From: Catajapyx aquilonaris
Taxonomy: Eukaryota
Assembly: GCA_000934665.2 (NCBI GenBank)
Contig: JYFJ02000877.1
Location: forward strand, 1 to 64,000
Direction of reading: 5' to 3'
Length of the DNA stretch: 64,000 nucleotides
The notes beneath the pieces were generated by a model. The model had not been told where the DNA came from and ran no database searches. It was given only the letters and a program-made list of their open reading frames with translations. Shown here piece after piece: positions 1-11,549 of the stretch; position 1 is the stretch's first letter; each line of letters begins with the position of its first letter. A program made the position numbers and the translations under genes.

Positions 1-7
1 GTGGGGT

Positions 8-226
8 GGGGGCATGGTGGTTTAGTGGCTATGCTACAACTGGCCAGCCAAGTGGGGGGTCCAGGGTTCAAATCCCGTCCCCGTCACCTCTGCTTGGTCG
101 GGTCTTTTTCCACTTTTCACCCGAAGTTTAAGGTCAGAAATGACTAGAAACTAATTAAGAGCGCCCTCCCTTGGGAACCTGCCCCCCCCGGGCCCAAGGC
201 CATATCACGGGGTATTACAAAAAAAA
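8..226 (+). mobile_element. tRNA-derived SINE (family C)
   Basis: A-box-like TGGTGGTTTAGTGG, B-box GGGTTCAAATCCC, 3' end GGCCCAAGGCCATATCACGGGGTAT followed by an A-run. The tail resembles those of the other SINEs in the window. Confidence 0.75.
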
Positions 227-291
227 TTGCCTCACTTTATGTTTCATTTGAACACACCATACTTTGTAAATTAAAGCTTATAGGCATATAG

Positions 292-387
292 GGTTCGGTT
301 TATCCGCTGATTTCACTTATCCGCAGGGGTGTGGGGTGGGGGCTGGGGGCTTGGAACCAATTACCGTGAATAACCGGGGGCTTACTG
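292..387 (-). mobile_element. Terminus of a pogo/Tigger-like DNA transposon or MITE
   Basis: The reverse complement reads TA-CAGTAAGCCCCCGGTTATTC...TTGGTTCCAA...GCGGATAAGTGAAATCAGCGGATAA, the usual Tigger/MER2-type terminal pattern. The partner end was not found. Confidence 0.5.
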
Positions 388-619
388 TATAGGTTCCTGG
401 AAGTGTGCTTTCATTTCCCTTTAGTAAATCTGTTCGTAGATTAATACTGCATTTCCAGCACGTATTACATGAATATTGTTTTCAAAAACGGAGTCTCGTA
501 TATATTTCGGATTTTACTTCATAGGTGCTTTATCATTTATGTAAGTGGATGATTCCAGGACAGATCGATGTAATGACTCCTTTTTATTTATGTAATTTTG
601 CATTTTAGGTTGTAAAATC

Positions 620-890
620 CAGAAAATATTGACACACCATCAGATCAATATATCACTCATAGTATCAAAATAATACGTGTATGATCAAAATGCTACAAAA
701 AGAAGCCTATGCAACCATGTGCTTGAGTCTTGTTGAATCTGCAGTGTCAACTGCTACTTGCAATGTGTCGTTGGAATTGCAATGGTGTTACGAACCATGA
801 AACCCTATGAAAACTCAGTGGAAAATTTAAGAGACAGACGCGAATACATTGTGATATACAGTATTATGGTCAAAGTTTATTACATCTGAC
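620..890 (+). mobile_element. Very decayed LINE (L2/CR1-like) RT C-terminal remnant
   Basis: Frameshifted peptides KEAYATMCLSLVESA and ENLRDRREYIVIYSIMVKV resemble the K-AY-TL-RP-LEYA and W-SL-DRR---L-YKI motifs of LINE ORF2. Confidence 0.3.
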
Positions 891-1779
891 TTGGCAACAT
901 CAAGACCGTAGATAATTTCTTAAATACTGTACTAGTAAATGAATAAAAGAAACTCACGTTTGCAAACAAATGTTGAATGGATTTATTCTTGAACATTTTT
1001 GCTGATTTGCTTTGAAAAATCCCGCTTGGATATTGCACTAGAAATCAGTGAAGAACATGATGTTACATGCCCGCACAACCGTGAAAGTGATTACTCATTG
1101 TTACATCCTGCGGATATGGGGGAGACAACATGTGACTCGAGTGAGCGTATCCGTAGAGAGCAGTCAAATATGCTCGGTCTCATGGTTTGACGAGGAAAGA
1201 AAACGAGACTTAGAATATGGCCTCGTGATTGAAACAGGTCGCTGTGCTGGTATGATTTTGTCCAAATTACCACCATATCCTGTTCCTGCTAGTCGATCCT
1301 AGAGAGTGAACAGAACGCGCGCGGGATACGAATAAATGCCCGGAAAATGGCGCTCTTTTGTCGCTGGAGGCTTGCCTTCGGACTGCTTTGTTCCCTCCGT
1401 ATAAGCTTCTGGGATTTCGGGATCCCCAAATGAATGGTAATGAGAGAAGGAGAAAGGAGTTGGGAGCAGAGGACCAACGACTTTGATGTGAAAGGCAAGG
1501 ACGTCAACTAACACGAGAGCGGATGAGCATGTACATTGTCTTGGAAGACTGTGGATTTTGACTCCTGTGCCTGTGCACACAGGCCAGTGGAGGAATCTTG
1601 TGCAACTACATCGCAGGATGCTTTTTGGGGATTGTACCCAACAGGAAATAACATGAGAACCGGTGCGCACACCTTCAGTAGACTACAAGTGAAAGCCTGT
1701 TTCCACCGGCACTAAAATGTGACCAAGGGATACAATAAACAACGTGTTCAATCTAGTGTGTGCCATATTTGCAGAATTA

Positions 1780-2193
1780 CTTGTAATTTGATTTATGATC
1801 ATTTGGAGACAAAATTGGACAGCATGGTGATCACGTTTGATATCATTAGTCCCGATATCACTATAAAGCAAATTAGAAACAAAATGCCTGTTACCATGGG
1901 TATAAAATGATTTACAATCCAAAGTTCAAAATAGAGAAATTTTGAAGTTGCACAAAAAGCACGCTGCAATTCTGAGGTATGCCCGGTGAAATGCGCTAGG
2001 TGCAGAAGAAAATGTTCGAAAATGATCCGCCCGGGAACCCATTCGATTCCGAATTACACAAAAATTACGCCTGACTGGAACGTTTGCACAAGTACTGACG
2101 TATAAAATTTCATTTGCATACAAATGGTTCCCATGTTTACAGGCACCGAGAATCAAATATTAAAAATTGAATTTCTGATTGAACAGGGCACTG
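1780..2193. mobile_element. Degenerate MITE inserted into the Gypsy fossil
   Basis: Internal inverted repeat TGCCTGTTACCATGGG / CCCATGTTTACAGGCA. The right end GGGCACTG-TA is Tc1/mariner-like. The left boundary is uncertain. Confidence 0.3.
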
Positions 2194-3103
2194 TACTATC
2201 GTCCAAATATGATTGCGAATATTAAGTTCTTTTGTTGATTCCAACCATGTGCCACAAGTGGAACTCACTGAATATGCCAAACATACCTATGTTCTTTTAG
2301 CTCGCATAAATCCAGTGCTTGAAGATTGCGGCGAGTCAAGGAATGGTCCATTGGAGCCCACACCAGATTCCTAGACACACGGAATGGAGGTACGGTACCT
2401 CGGCAGCCGGGGTAAATTGAGGCAGGGCGCGGCAAGTAACAAAAATGACCTCCTTGCACGCCAAGGGATTTAAAAAAAAAAAAAATCCTGATTTTCCCCA
2501 GCAGGCTCCTTGTCTCGTTAAATTGTGTGAGGTGGAGGGGGAGGGGTTGCTTCAAGACTCGGCGGACCACTTTAATAATACAGGACGCCATTTCTTCCCT
2601 CCCCATGCCCTCCTCCTCCTCTCCTGCAGCCTGGGGTGCCATCAAATTGAAATATTGGTCCCGTGGTAAAGATCTACAGGAGAGAGGTGCCACCCATCAG
2701 ACCTTCGCTTCCGATTAGCCCATTTTTTTTCATTATGCTACGATGCGGACATATTTCATTCCATCTTGTTCTGAGTTATTGACCGATCGTGCAAGATTTT
2801 TTTGGGGTGGTTTTGGACGGCCTGGTTCGGGTATCGACCAATTTGGAGCGAATGAGTTTTAGGTTGGCTGACCAGGTAAGGTTTCATCCGCTTCATCTGT
2901 CAGTCGGATGCGAGTACAAAAGGAAGAAGCTCAATGGAGGAGGCGGTAATAGGAAATTTTGAAGCTTTCCTGACTTTCTTGTCAGACGTCAGTGACAAAG
3001 GCAGCTTATTTTACACTGTTCGTGTTACTTTTATTAAAGCATGATATGCAGTCTACAGTCTTGTCAGATGAAACCTGAAAAAGCATAAAATGGAATTCCG
3101 AAA

Positions 3104-3249
3104 GTACTATGGGGTTCAAATTGTTTTGGCCACTTTATCCTGGTCTTGAAGGAACCCTTCGCGCACACACATCCTCACCGTGGGGCCTGTGCGAAGGGTT
3201 GCTTGAAGACCAAGATAAAGTGGCCAAAACAATTTGAACCCCATAGTAC
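3104..3249. mobile_element. Hairpin MITE, ~60-bp arms
   Basis: GTACTATGGGGTTCAAATTGTTTTGGCCACTTTATC... is mirrored by ...GATAAAGTGGCCAAAACAATTTGAACCCCATAGTAC with few mismatches and a spacer of about 20 nt. Confidence 0.85.
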
Positions 3250-4304
3250 CGTCTTGCCTGGTCTGTCTATTCGCTCATTGCGCGTAAGAAATGTAACAGA
3301 TTCAGCACGCGCGAGAATGTCTATAGAGCCTATTATTTAATGAAATGAATATGCTCATTGTTCGTGATGTAGTGGATGATGACAGTATTTCATCATCTGC
3401 GGTATGTTCTATAAATGCGAAGGTTGGAATTTGCACGCTGCTAGTACACAGTGTCAAATATTTGATGTGTATGCGTTATTATTGAAGTTAATGTTGACAG
3501 GAAAATGTGTATGAATAGGTAGAACGAGGAAGAATGATGAAGCTTTGATTCCAGCCCATATTTAAGTGCCGAAACACTCCGATTATTATTGCACCCGGGG
3601 CCACTGTTAAGGGATGACAACAGGATCGGTGTGTTGATCTAGGAGCTCTTGGATGTACGACTGTACGTACGGTGGAATGAATGAAGATCGAAGACCGTGT
3701 TTCTACAGTTACAGTACTGTATATACCCTGCGGATACGAGGTCGCTTGTTTATCCTGGAAGGGCGCTAACTTTTGCGCCTCTATTGTTGAGCGTATCACA
3801 TAGCAAGCAGGGGCACAGCCCGTATTCTAGTAGTGGCGAACTGCAGATATGGATCGACAAGATGTCGTTCTTATCTACCTGAGGGAGGCCATTACTTACG
3901 TTCATGTACCGCGCCCCTCTGCTCTCACCTTCACCTTCATCAGTGTTTAATCTGGCTCATTAATCACTGGAAATTCGTCAGGGGAAGCTTGAGACCCAGG
4001 GAGGCCCAAATTGTCATCTGTCATACTTTTGAGCGTGGCACACACCTCCCCAAAGTTTCTTGACGAGGGAGCAATGTCAACAGGGAAGGCGGATGAAAAG
4101 CGAGATAGTCAGCACGAATACTCATCTAGGGCTGCATGCGATTAATGCCCAACACTTCTTATAGCGAAAGATAGCTTGACCATCTGGGAGATTTCGCACG
4201 ACTCTCAAGTGTTCCTGGAAATTCGGACAAGTGATGCACTCAACAACTTCATTCAACTATACACGAATCCCTAAGTGAATTGATATAGTCTATGATGTGT
4301 TGAT

Positions 4305-4497
4305 AGCGGACGTATGGAGTGGCGGCAAGTTGAGCTTGGGGAGAACCACACAGAGTGTAAGAAGTAGTGTCTGTGGAAGAAGAGAAAAAGGCTGCATGGT
4401 CTGGTTTAGCGGGGACCAAAGTTGGCCATAGCTCCGGTAGTGGTGTCGGGACGAGTGGCGCTTTTCGGTTCGATGTTGGAGGCAGACTGCGTCGTCG

Positions 4498-4529
<32 letters not shown>

Positions 4530-5150
4530 CCCNCCCAAAACTCCCTCCCCCTCCATTGCCCCCATTCCGGCGCCTGGAAGCAGTCAGTAGAACTGCAGGG
4601 TGAGCCCAGGACCTGCCTGCTTCAAGCACTGCCGGTAAGCATGGTCACCAGTTGTTTGAGGGGCTACCGGGCTACACTAATGTAGGTGTCAGAAGAGCGT
4701 GTGGAGGATATCCGGAGGGGAAGCTGATTAGTATACAGGCATACACTCCTACAACATTACTTCCGTTTGCTGCACTACGGCTTTTTGTCACGCGTCTGCC
4801 ATCTACTCCTTTTTGTTCCATAGTTGAGAATGACATCTTGTGCCATTGCAACCCTCGACGAATCTTGATCGGTGCAGTACCGATACTCACACTTGACTCC
4901 AGTACTTCCGTATGAAACGGTACAACCCAGTTGATTAAAAAGCCGTGGCAGTGCTGAATTCCTCAGTAAGCTGACCACGCGTTTTCCATGCTTTATAACA
5001 GGAGCATGGTTGCTGCGCTTTGAGCCCGCATGAAACCTACTGATGATCACGTCACGAATTGAATGGTTATTGGGATCCTGCCACTAGACGCATCTCAAAA
5101 TTGTTTTAGAAAAGGGCACGACTTTCCTGATCAGTACCGTTGTGAAGATG
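4305..5150 (+). mobile_element. Decayed RTE-like LINE AP-endonuclease domain
   Basis: Motifs in order: GGKL, SGSGVG, LISIQAYTPTT (IQVYAPT), KSRGSAEFL...FITGAW (NERG..LLEF...TNTWF), RIEWLL (QIDYIL), GHDFPDQ (GAD..SDH). A poly-C run interrupts it. Confidence 0.5.
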
Positions 5151-5667
5151 ATCTGTGCCGCTTAGGCTGATTCTGCCTAATGGTTTTCCGGGGGAGAGGG
5201 ATGGGGATAGGGGAGGGTATCTCACCGCCATGCCTTCCGAACCGGCCGGAAAAGAAGGAAGGTATTGACTTCTTTATTTCTCTCTGTGTTTTATATAAGT
5301 CGGGATCCGGATGGTGTTCAGTTGTAAATTCATTATCTGAAGTAATTTTGGGGACTTTCGTATTGTTGGGATGAAAGGGAGGGATATATAGTTTTGTGTC
5401 GGTGGATCAATAGGTGTGCTCCCTCAACCATCCTTCCTATACCACTTCCTAACGATAGTGTCGGATGATATCTGCAGTTTGCCGGGCGAGGGAAAACACT
5501 GTCTGTGGCTCTTTCTCACTTCGGCTAATTGGACTGGACGGTCTAAGCTTCTAAGTTTTACAGTGAACGTCATATGGCTCAAGGGGTTTTGACGTGTTCA
5601 TGGTTTCGGCTCGACTACATAAAGTAATGCTGGTTTTATTGAAAGGTCACATTTTGCCAGTTATTGC

Positions 5668-5673
<6 letters not shown>

Positions 5674-5717
<44 letters not shown>
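5674..5717. repeat. (GA)n microsatellite
   Basis: Perfect dinucleotide run. Confidence 0.97.
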
Positions 5718-5719
<2 letters not shown>

Positions 5720-5905
5720 CCCAGTAAATGGTTACCTTCCTTTATGCTTCTGATTCAATCGGATCATAGAGTATATAGTGGAATTGCAAGGGTTTGCTGT
5801 TGGAGGCCAAATGTATACATGAACAGAACTGTAAACTCAAAAGCATAAGGATTACAGTTCTCGTTGTGAGGATTAATGTTTAATACTGTAGTAGCGAGTG
5901 TTGTA

Positions 5906-6495
5906 CAGTAAAACGTCTATAAGTCGAACTTCCGTAAATCGAATAAAATGACGAGCTTGGTTGGTCATAATGTAAAATAATAGGAAATAAACTTCCCTAA
6001 CTCGAATTTCTATAACTCGAAGTTCTCCATTACTCGAAGTGCAGGCAGGAATGGCAGGGATGGGATATCAATGCATTATTTTTCAGTCTCCCTAAGTTCA
6101 AGTTCATGTTGGCGAGTACGGAAAATTTTCTCATTTCCCAGCTGAAGGGTCGAGAGTAGGCCACATGTACAGAAAGGCTCAATTTCCTGATCTCCGTCTA
6201 CCAGACATACCGAAAGAAGTGTTTGACTCGATTGTGACAATTGAATCCTTGTATCTAAGAGTAGGCAAATGTCCATAACGGAGACTTCTAAACACCAAAA
6301 CAACGAGGAACATTGTAAGTGTGATAGTGACAGTTATTTTTAAGTTTTGAAAACCTTTCGTCGCTGTGGGTATAAAGGTAGGCTTCCTTATAGAGTTCTG
6401 TGCTTTCAAAAAGCCAACCTTCTCTAACTCGAATCTTCTATAACTCGAATTTTTTTTCATGTCCCATGGACATTCGACTTATAGAAGTTTTACTT
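5906..6495. mobile_element. pogo/Tigger-like MITE
   Basis: TIRs CAGTAAAACGTCTATAAGTCGAA / TTCGACTTATAGAAGTTTTACT, flanked by TA. Repeated subterminal TAACTCGAA motifs at both ends. Confidence 0.8.
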
Positions 6496-7289
6496 TAAAA
6501 TATTGTCGACTGGCTTGTTATGACTAAATTTAATGTGCAGAGATTAATATATGTACTGCGCTTTATCGCTTTTTTGCCAAGCGAATAAACCCAATACGCC
6601 TTACATAATATCGGCGAAATATGTGACACACGCACAAATAACGGAAACAGGCGGAATTTTGAGATAAATCTTTAATTCCACAAAATCAGGTCGTTCAGTG
6701 CATGTGTTGGCCATATTGAGGTAATAATGTTACAGGAAGGTTTTATGGTTACATTGCTCCCTCAATAATTGAATCTTCACATTGGAAGCGCCGCTTTTTC
6801 CAATATAAAATTAAATTCTGTGGAAGGAAGGCTAGTTCATTTCACCGTTAATTATGAAACTACGAAATAAAAGGTCGGAAGCGGATATAAATGTCGACCT
6901 AAATTAATTTTTAGCATATTGAGTGACACGCGTCATTAATTTGGTTTGAATCTCTGACATGCGCGAGTATTTTTCACATATGAAAGGAAGCACATAATTG
7001 AAGCTCAAAATGCAGCATGTTTAAGCTGTGTAAGCTTGTTCATTCTGTTCCACATGTAAAGGAAGAATAGTAATTCACAATGTCGCAATTGTATATGAGC
7101 ATTAAGTTGCATGTTACAGGGGAAAAAAACTAATGACCTTTTGTATGAAGAAAATTCGGCACGGTCTCCCGATAATGTGTATGTATTCATAATACATTAG
7201 TCCAACATTATCAGAGATTTTCTCCTTAGTTTATGTTCATGCAACCATCCCTGCGATTTTGAGCACATCATGTTGATTAAAATGGGATT

Positions 7290-8290
7290 TGATATACCCA
7301 CAGAATACAAACTCCAAGAGGCTTGATATTCAGACTATCTTGGTCTTGTAGGCAGCTTTGAGCGTATAGCACAGTTTGTCGAGCTATTCTCATAAGTAGG
7401 AAATGATATGTGCACTTGTAAGTCAAGCTGAGCTGAAGAGTGTGCGAAAGTTTTGCGAGTTGGGAAGCAGAAGAGATGAATAGACCTTCAAAGGCTTTTG
7501 CTTGCAAGTGGCGTCTTCACTTGCTTACATTACGGAGAAGCTGGGTGTCTCAAAAGCGCTTTCTCCCAGCGGCCCACTGTCGCGACTAATGCAGCTTTCA
7601 GTTTGTGTTGCCTGTGTTTGTACAGATTACTCATTCAGTTGTCAAGTTCGTGCCGTGTGACAGCAAGGAAGGAGCTCAGTAATGAGACTAATAACGTTAG
7701 CTTCGTCCAAAGAAAGTGGTACTACATCTAGCACTAAGTTAGGCGCATCCAATTAAATAAGCGCATTGCAGGTGCCTCTGCATACTGGATGTGCTTCCAA
7801 AACCATTGGTCGGGAGGTTCTCATGTCAGAACAACGAAACATTTCTTTTGCTCCAACCTGCAGTGCACTAATATGTCAACCTGCCGCCAGGTGCTGTATA
7901 CCCAACTCTTATCGTAGGTTGAGGCAGGGGTACGGGCGGGGGTGACTTGGAAAGTGCCGCTTGGGAACCTCCAAAGGACCTGGAGGAAACGCGTGAATGA
8001 CAGCATAGAAGCAAGGTGCACTGAAGTGGGCCCTGTGCGAGTCAATGTGATGCAAACCACACACTAGGGCCTATTCTTTCCAGGGTTTTTTTGTCCGTAT
8101 CAGCGGAGGAAAGGCATCCTCCTGCCTGTGCCACCTCCACGCTCCAGCCGAAGGGAAAAAAAGAGGGTTTGGTCCATATCACATGTGACGCTTCAAGAGA
8201 GCTGTGACCCATTCGAATTGCCACTTGCTTCAAGGGTCAACTAAGGGCCGAGTTCTTGCATCGTACAACAAGCAGGGTTGTCACCATATT
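7290..8290 (-). mobile_element. Decayed Ty3/Gypsy integrase
   Basis: KQVAIRMGHSSLEASH and KKTLERIG (HHCC region), AALVA...EKALLRHPASP, and LSHTLQLSLTYKCTYH (T.YHP region), all in the expected order. Confidence 0.45.
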
Positions 8291-8503
8291 CAAATTATTC
8301 TAGTAATTTACGCTCGAATATATTCATGTATTGACCAATATGTGTCACCCACCTGACATACCATGCTCATGATTTATTGTTCACAAGCAGCCGGAAGAAG
8401 GACTTTTTACTTGATACTGTAGGCCTACATGGCAAGGCCACCTTAAGGAACCAGAATTTTCTACGCTTAGTCGCTTACCTATTATCTCAATTTACTGGAT
8501 TAC

Positions 8504-8633
8504 TTAACCTCCTGAGACCCCTGGCACAGTATACTGTACCTTTGTTTTTTCCAGCACCTTTTGACTAACTCAAACGCGTAAAAAACCAAAAACAAAGGTA
8601 CAGTATACTGTACTCCGGGTCTCAGGAGGTTAA
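8504..8633. mobile_element. TTAA-flanked hairpin MITE (piggyBac-like)
   Basis: TTAA-CCTCCTGAGACCC...GGGTCTCAGGAGG-TTAA, plus an inner inverted repeat CAGTATACTGTACCTTTGTTTTT / AAAAACAAAGGTACAGTATACTG. Confidence 0.85.
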
Positions 8634-9290
8634 TGGTTGGGAAGGTTAAACCATCATCTCTCTTTGCAAAAGTGTAAGAAAATAATTTTAATATTCACGG
8701 CGTAAGTGTGTTTTATAGATTTTTAAAAACATCCTGTGCGAGTGGCCTGACTATAGGGACAAAGGATCAGTATTCATTTGGGGGCAATATAAATGAACCC
8801 GATTGATCCGATAGTTGTCAGGGTTTTTCATTATCATCTCCAAACACTTCTGGACTGACGTATTGACCTCATACTATAATACAAACAGTAATTTACCACC
8901 TTAAATTCACATTATTTACTTGTTTTTTCGCTGATAATGACAATATCCGTATATCATGAATTATGTTATGTTATCACGCTCCTGAGGCCCTGTTGCAACA
9001 CTTAAAGGTAGACAATGGATGGAGGATTTATCCTCGTTAGTGTTATTTTATTTTTGCCAACAATCAATACCAAGAATATCTCATCCGTCAACAGCTTATC
9101 TTCAGTGGTGCAACCATTATACCAAAAATCATTATTCAAAATATATAGGGTGCCTTGTTAGTCATAAAGTATAGGTATGAACTTATCTTCTTTTCTTCCC
9201 TGATTTGTCATTGCACTGCTAAAACAACTATTAATTAGGTCTTAATTAGTAGCAGGATTAGCAGATATAATTTTTAGCCGATGATGTGTA

Positions 9291-9871
9291 TTAACCCTTT
9301 GACGCCCAAGTTTTTTGCAGGTTTTTGGGCCGTTTCTGTTGTTTTCTTTGTCCAAAATTCGATGTAGCAGTGATGTTAATGAATAACAACTTCACGCTAA
9401 AATGAATTATTTTAATTCGTGGTGGTCTTTTTCAATGTAAAGTGCCGGAAAATTCATATACCCCAGAAATATTTTAAAAAATAATCGTCTTGCTCTCAGA
9501 AAATCGATAGGCCTAACAAGTTTACTCAGTCACTATAGAGTATAGACTATACATTGTTATTAAGGTTACATAATATTATGACAACATGAGAAACTCCCAA
9601 GGGTCCAGACTTTACGGGACACCCTGTACTGAGGGCGCATGTTTACATAAACCATCACGCGGGAGCAACATGACCTTGGCATATACGACTCGGCTGGAGC
9701 AGGGGGGATTCTGGGGTTGCTATGGCAGTTGAGTCACCATCCAAGAGATGGCAGGAGCATATTGAACCGCATTTGGAACCGCAAAGTTCGAATTATCTCT
9801 GCACATCCTATGCGCCAAATTTAAAAACCGCTCAGGACATCATATGATGCACGTGGGCGTCAAAAGGTTAA
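9291..9871. mobile_element. Non-autonomous piggyBac-like element
   Basis: TTAA-CCCTTTGACGCCCA ... TGGGCGTCAAAAGG-TTAA: TIRs with a TTAA target duplication and no ORF. Confidence 0.8.
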
Positions 9872-10004
9872 GAGCTACGAGTTAGAAGCTACGCAAATTT
9901 TCACTAGATGTAGGTCCCTCACATATCTTACAGTAGTTAGTTCATAGTTGTCAGTATCACAATCATAAATTCATAATGACTGTATCAATATATCCCAAAT
10001 ACAG

Positions 10005-10385
10005 GTAGCCCTCGTTCTAACAACTGGCATGGCGCCATTTGGTAGGGAGACTAATGAAGAAGACATGGGCAGAAGGATTCCGCCCGAAGGGCCGGCGACG
10101 ACGTTGACGTCGACGATGACTATCCTGACAAGTATGGATACACGCTTGCATGCCTGCATTGCTGGTTGCCGGAATCAGGCGGTTGAGCAACCGGGGGGGG
10201 GGGGGTGTCGAGCGCCTGCGCTTGGCCCCGGTAACCAGAAATGCAGGCATGCACGCGGTTATCCATACTTGTAGGATAGTCAACGTCAACGTCGTCTCCG
10301 GCCTTTCGGGCGGAATCATTCTCCCCATGTCTTAATTAATCTCCCTACCAAATTTGGCGCTATCCCGGTTGTTAGAACGAGCTAC
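10005..10385. mobile_element. Foldback MITE, ~175-bp arms
   Basis: CTCGTTCTAACAAC...GGATTCCGCCCGAAGGGCCGG...TGCATGCCTGCATT is mirrored on the right arm. Poly-G in the loop; TACAG direct repeat at both junctions. Confidence 0.85.
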
Positions 10386-10649
10386 AGATGGCTCTATGAG
10401 TACCGTCAGTTTAATTTAGGCCACCCTGTATATACTATAGATTTACTGTGATGTGGTACTTTTTGTTGATTCGCGTCTATACTTTTTGCATAGGCACACC
10501 GGTAGCGTCATCTTTGAATGGGTAGTAGAGGAGACTTCGTTAGCCCAATTTGCTAATAATACAAGGATGAACGATCATCCGTCTGAGATAGAGGTCAGAG
10601 TTTAACCTTATACCTTCTTCCGTCAACGTATTATCAACATGAGAAGCGT

Positions 10650-11030
10650 CGACATCTTTTTGAAAAATTGAAAGGGCGAAAGAAAATTGGCGCCGTCTTT
10701 TCGGAAGAACGAAGATGCCAGGATAGCCCTATGAAAAGAATAATAATGTTGGAGGGAAACTAATTACCGAAGGGTATGTCCGGAGTGAAGTTTTGAGCTT
10801 GTTAAAGTCGGTGACGCCCCAGAATGTGATTTATTGACCCTCTTCCTATCCTCATCCTTCTCACTCTCTTCTTCCCTTCGCACCTTTCCCTTTCAAGAGC
10901 CAAAATCCAGGGCGGTTTGCAAAATGAGTTGTGTTCATCAGGAGCACGGGGGGATCCCTTGTTGAAAAGCAAAGTCTGGGGAGGAAAAAACGAGGTGGAG
11001 GTTCGCATTACTTCATTATTCTCAGATTGC
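10650..11030 (-). mobile_element. Possible DIRS-type methyltransferase-like domain remnant
   Basis: TSFFPPQT...EHNSFCKPPWIL resembles the F.S.F..P.T...ENN...PP..LI block that follows RNaseH in DIRS-like elements. Single block only, so not counted in the strand tally. Confidence 0.3.
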
Positions 11031-11549
11031 AATTCCCCGATGGCAATAAGCAGAAGCAGAAGTGGATGGGGAGCAGGAGGCGAAGGATGAGTTTACAAAA
11101 AAAAAAAAAAAAAAAAAAGGTTCAACTTGTGAGGCATGTACCAATGCAAACAGAAAAGTCTGGTTCGTAAGTATTAAACGCTAGATTGACATTACTATCT
11201 AGTGTTTTGTAACTATAGACCATGTGTGAATGGGTAAAATAAGGTTAACGATCACCTATAAGAATATTACCCTTCCTGTCTGGATACATGATGTGATTAA
11301 AGAAGAATCCGGACTGCAGTTTAACAGCAGGAAGTATCTTGTATTAATTTTTACTGCTTTTCATATTGCCTTTGTTGCATTCTATGACCTCATTTATAAA
11401 CTATTATTGTCTTTGCCTTTGGCGTTCCTGAGCAAGTTAAGGAGAACGGCTAAGGCCTAGTTTTACTGCTGGAGCAATTTGGGAATTGTCTGAAGTTAGC
11501 AAGGAAAACGGTAAAAGCACTTAGATAAGGGTCCTCTGAACTAGGAAAC

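Larger units (their letters stand above)
1110..4050 (-). mobile_element. Decayed Ty3/Gypsy pol (RT-RNaseH-integrase), interrupted by MITEs
   Basis: Collinear motifs on the minus strand: WASL and LPQVD (RT start, ~4000-3880); DKQATSYPQGIY (~3750); KVRKASKFP...ELLPFV (~2980); VSRNLVWAPMDHSLTRRNLQAL...LKEHRY (RNaseH, ~2380); FGDPEI..TEGTKQ and TKSYQH...QSRG (integrase, 1430-1230). Confidence 0.6.

Noticed and set aside
1048..1302. Plus-strand LINE RT-like reading
   Set aside because: Weak; the minus-strand Gypsy integrase reading is collinear with neighbouring domains.
1542..1560. miR-7-like string TGGAAGACTGTGGATTTTG
   Set aside because: There is no complementary star arm, it has indels relative to miR-7, and it lies in the antisense of a Gypsy integrase remnant.
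7433..7449. Minimal hammerhead-like CTGAAGAG...CGAAA (also CTGATGAG at ~28142)
   Set aside because: Stems I/III and the NUH cleavage triplet cannot be formed; the second site lacks GAAA.
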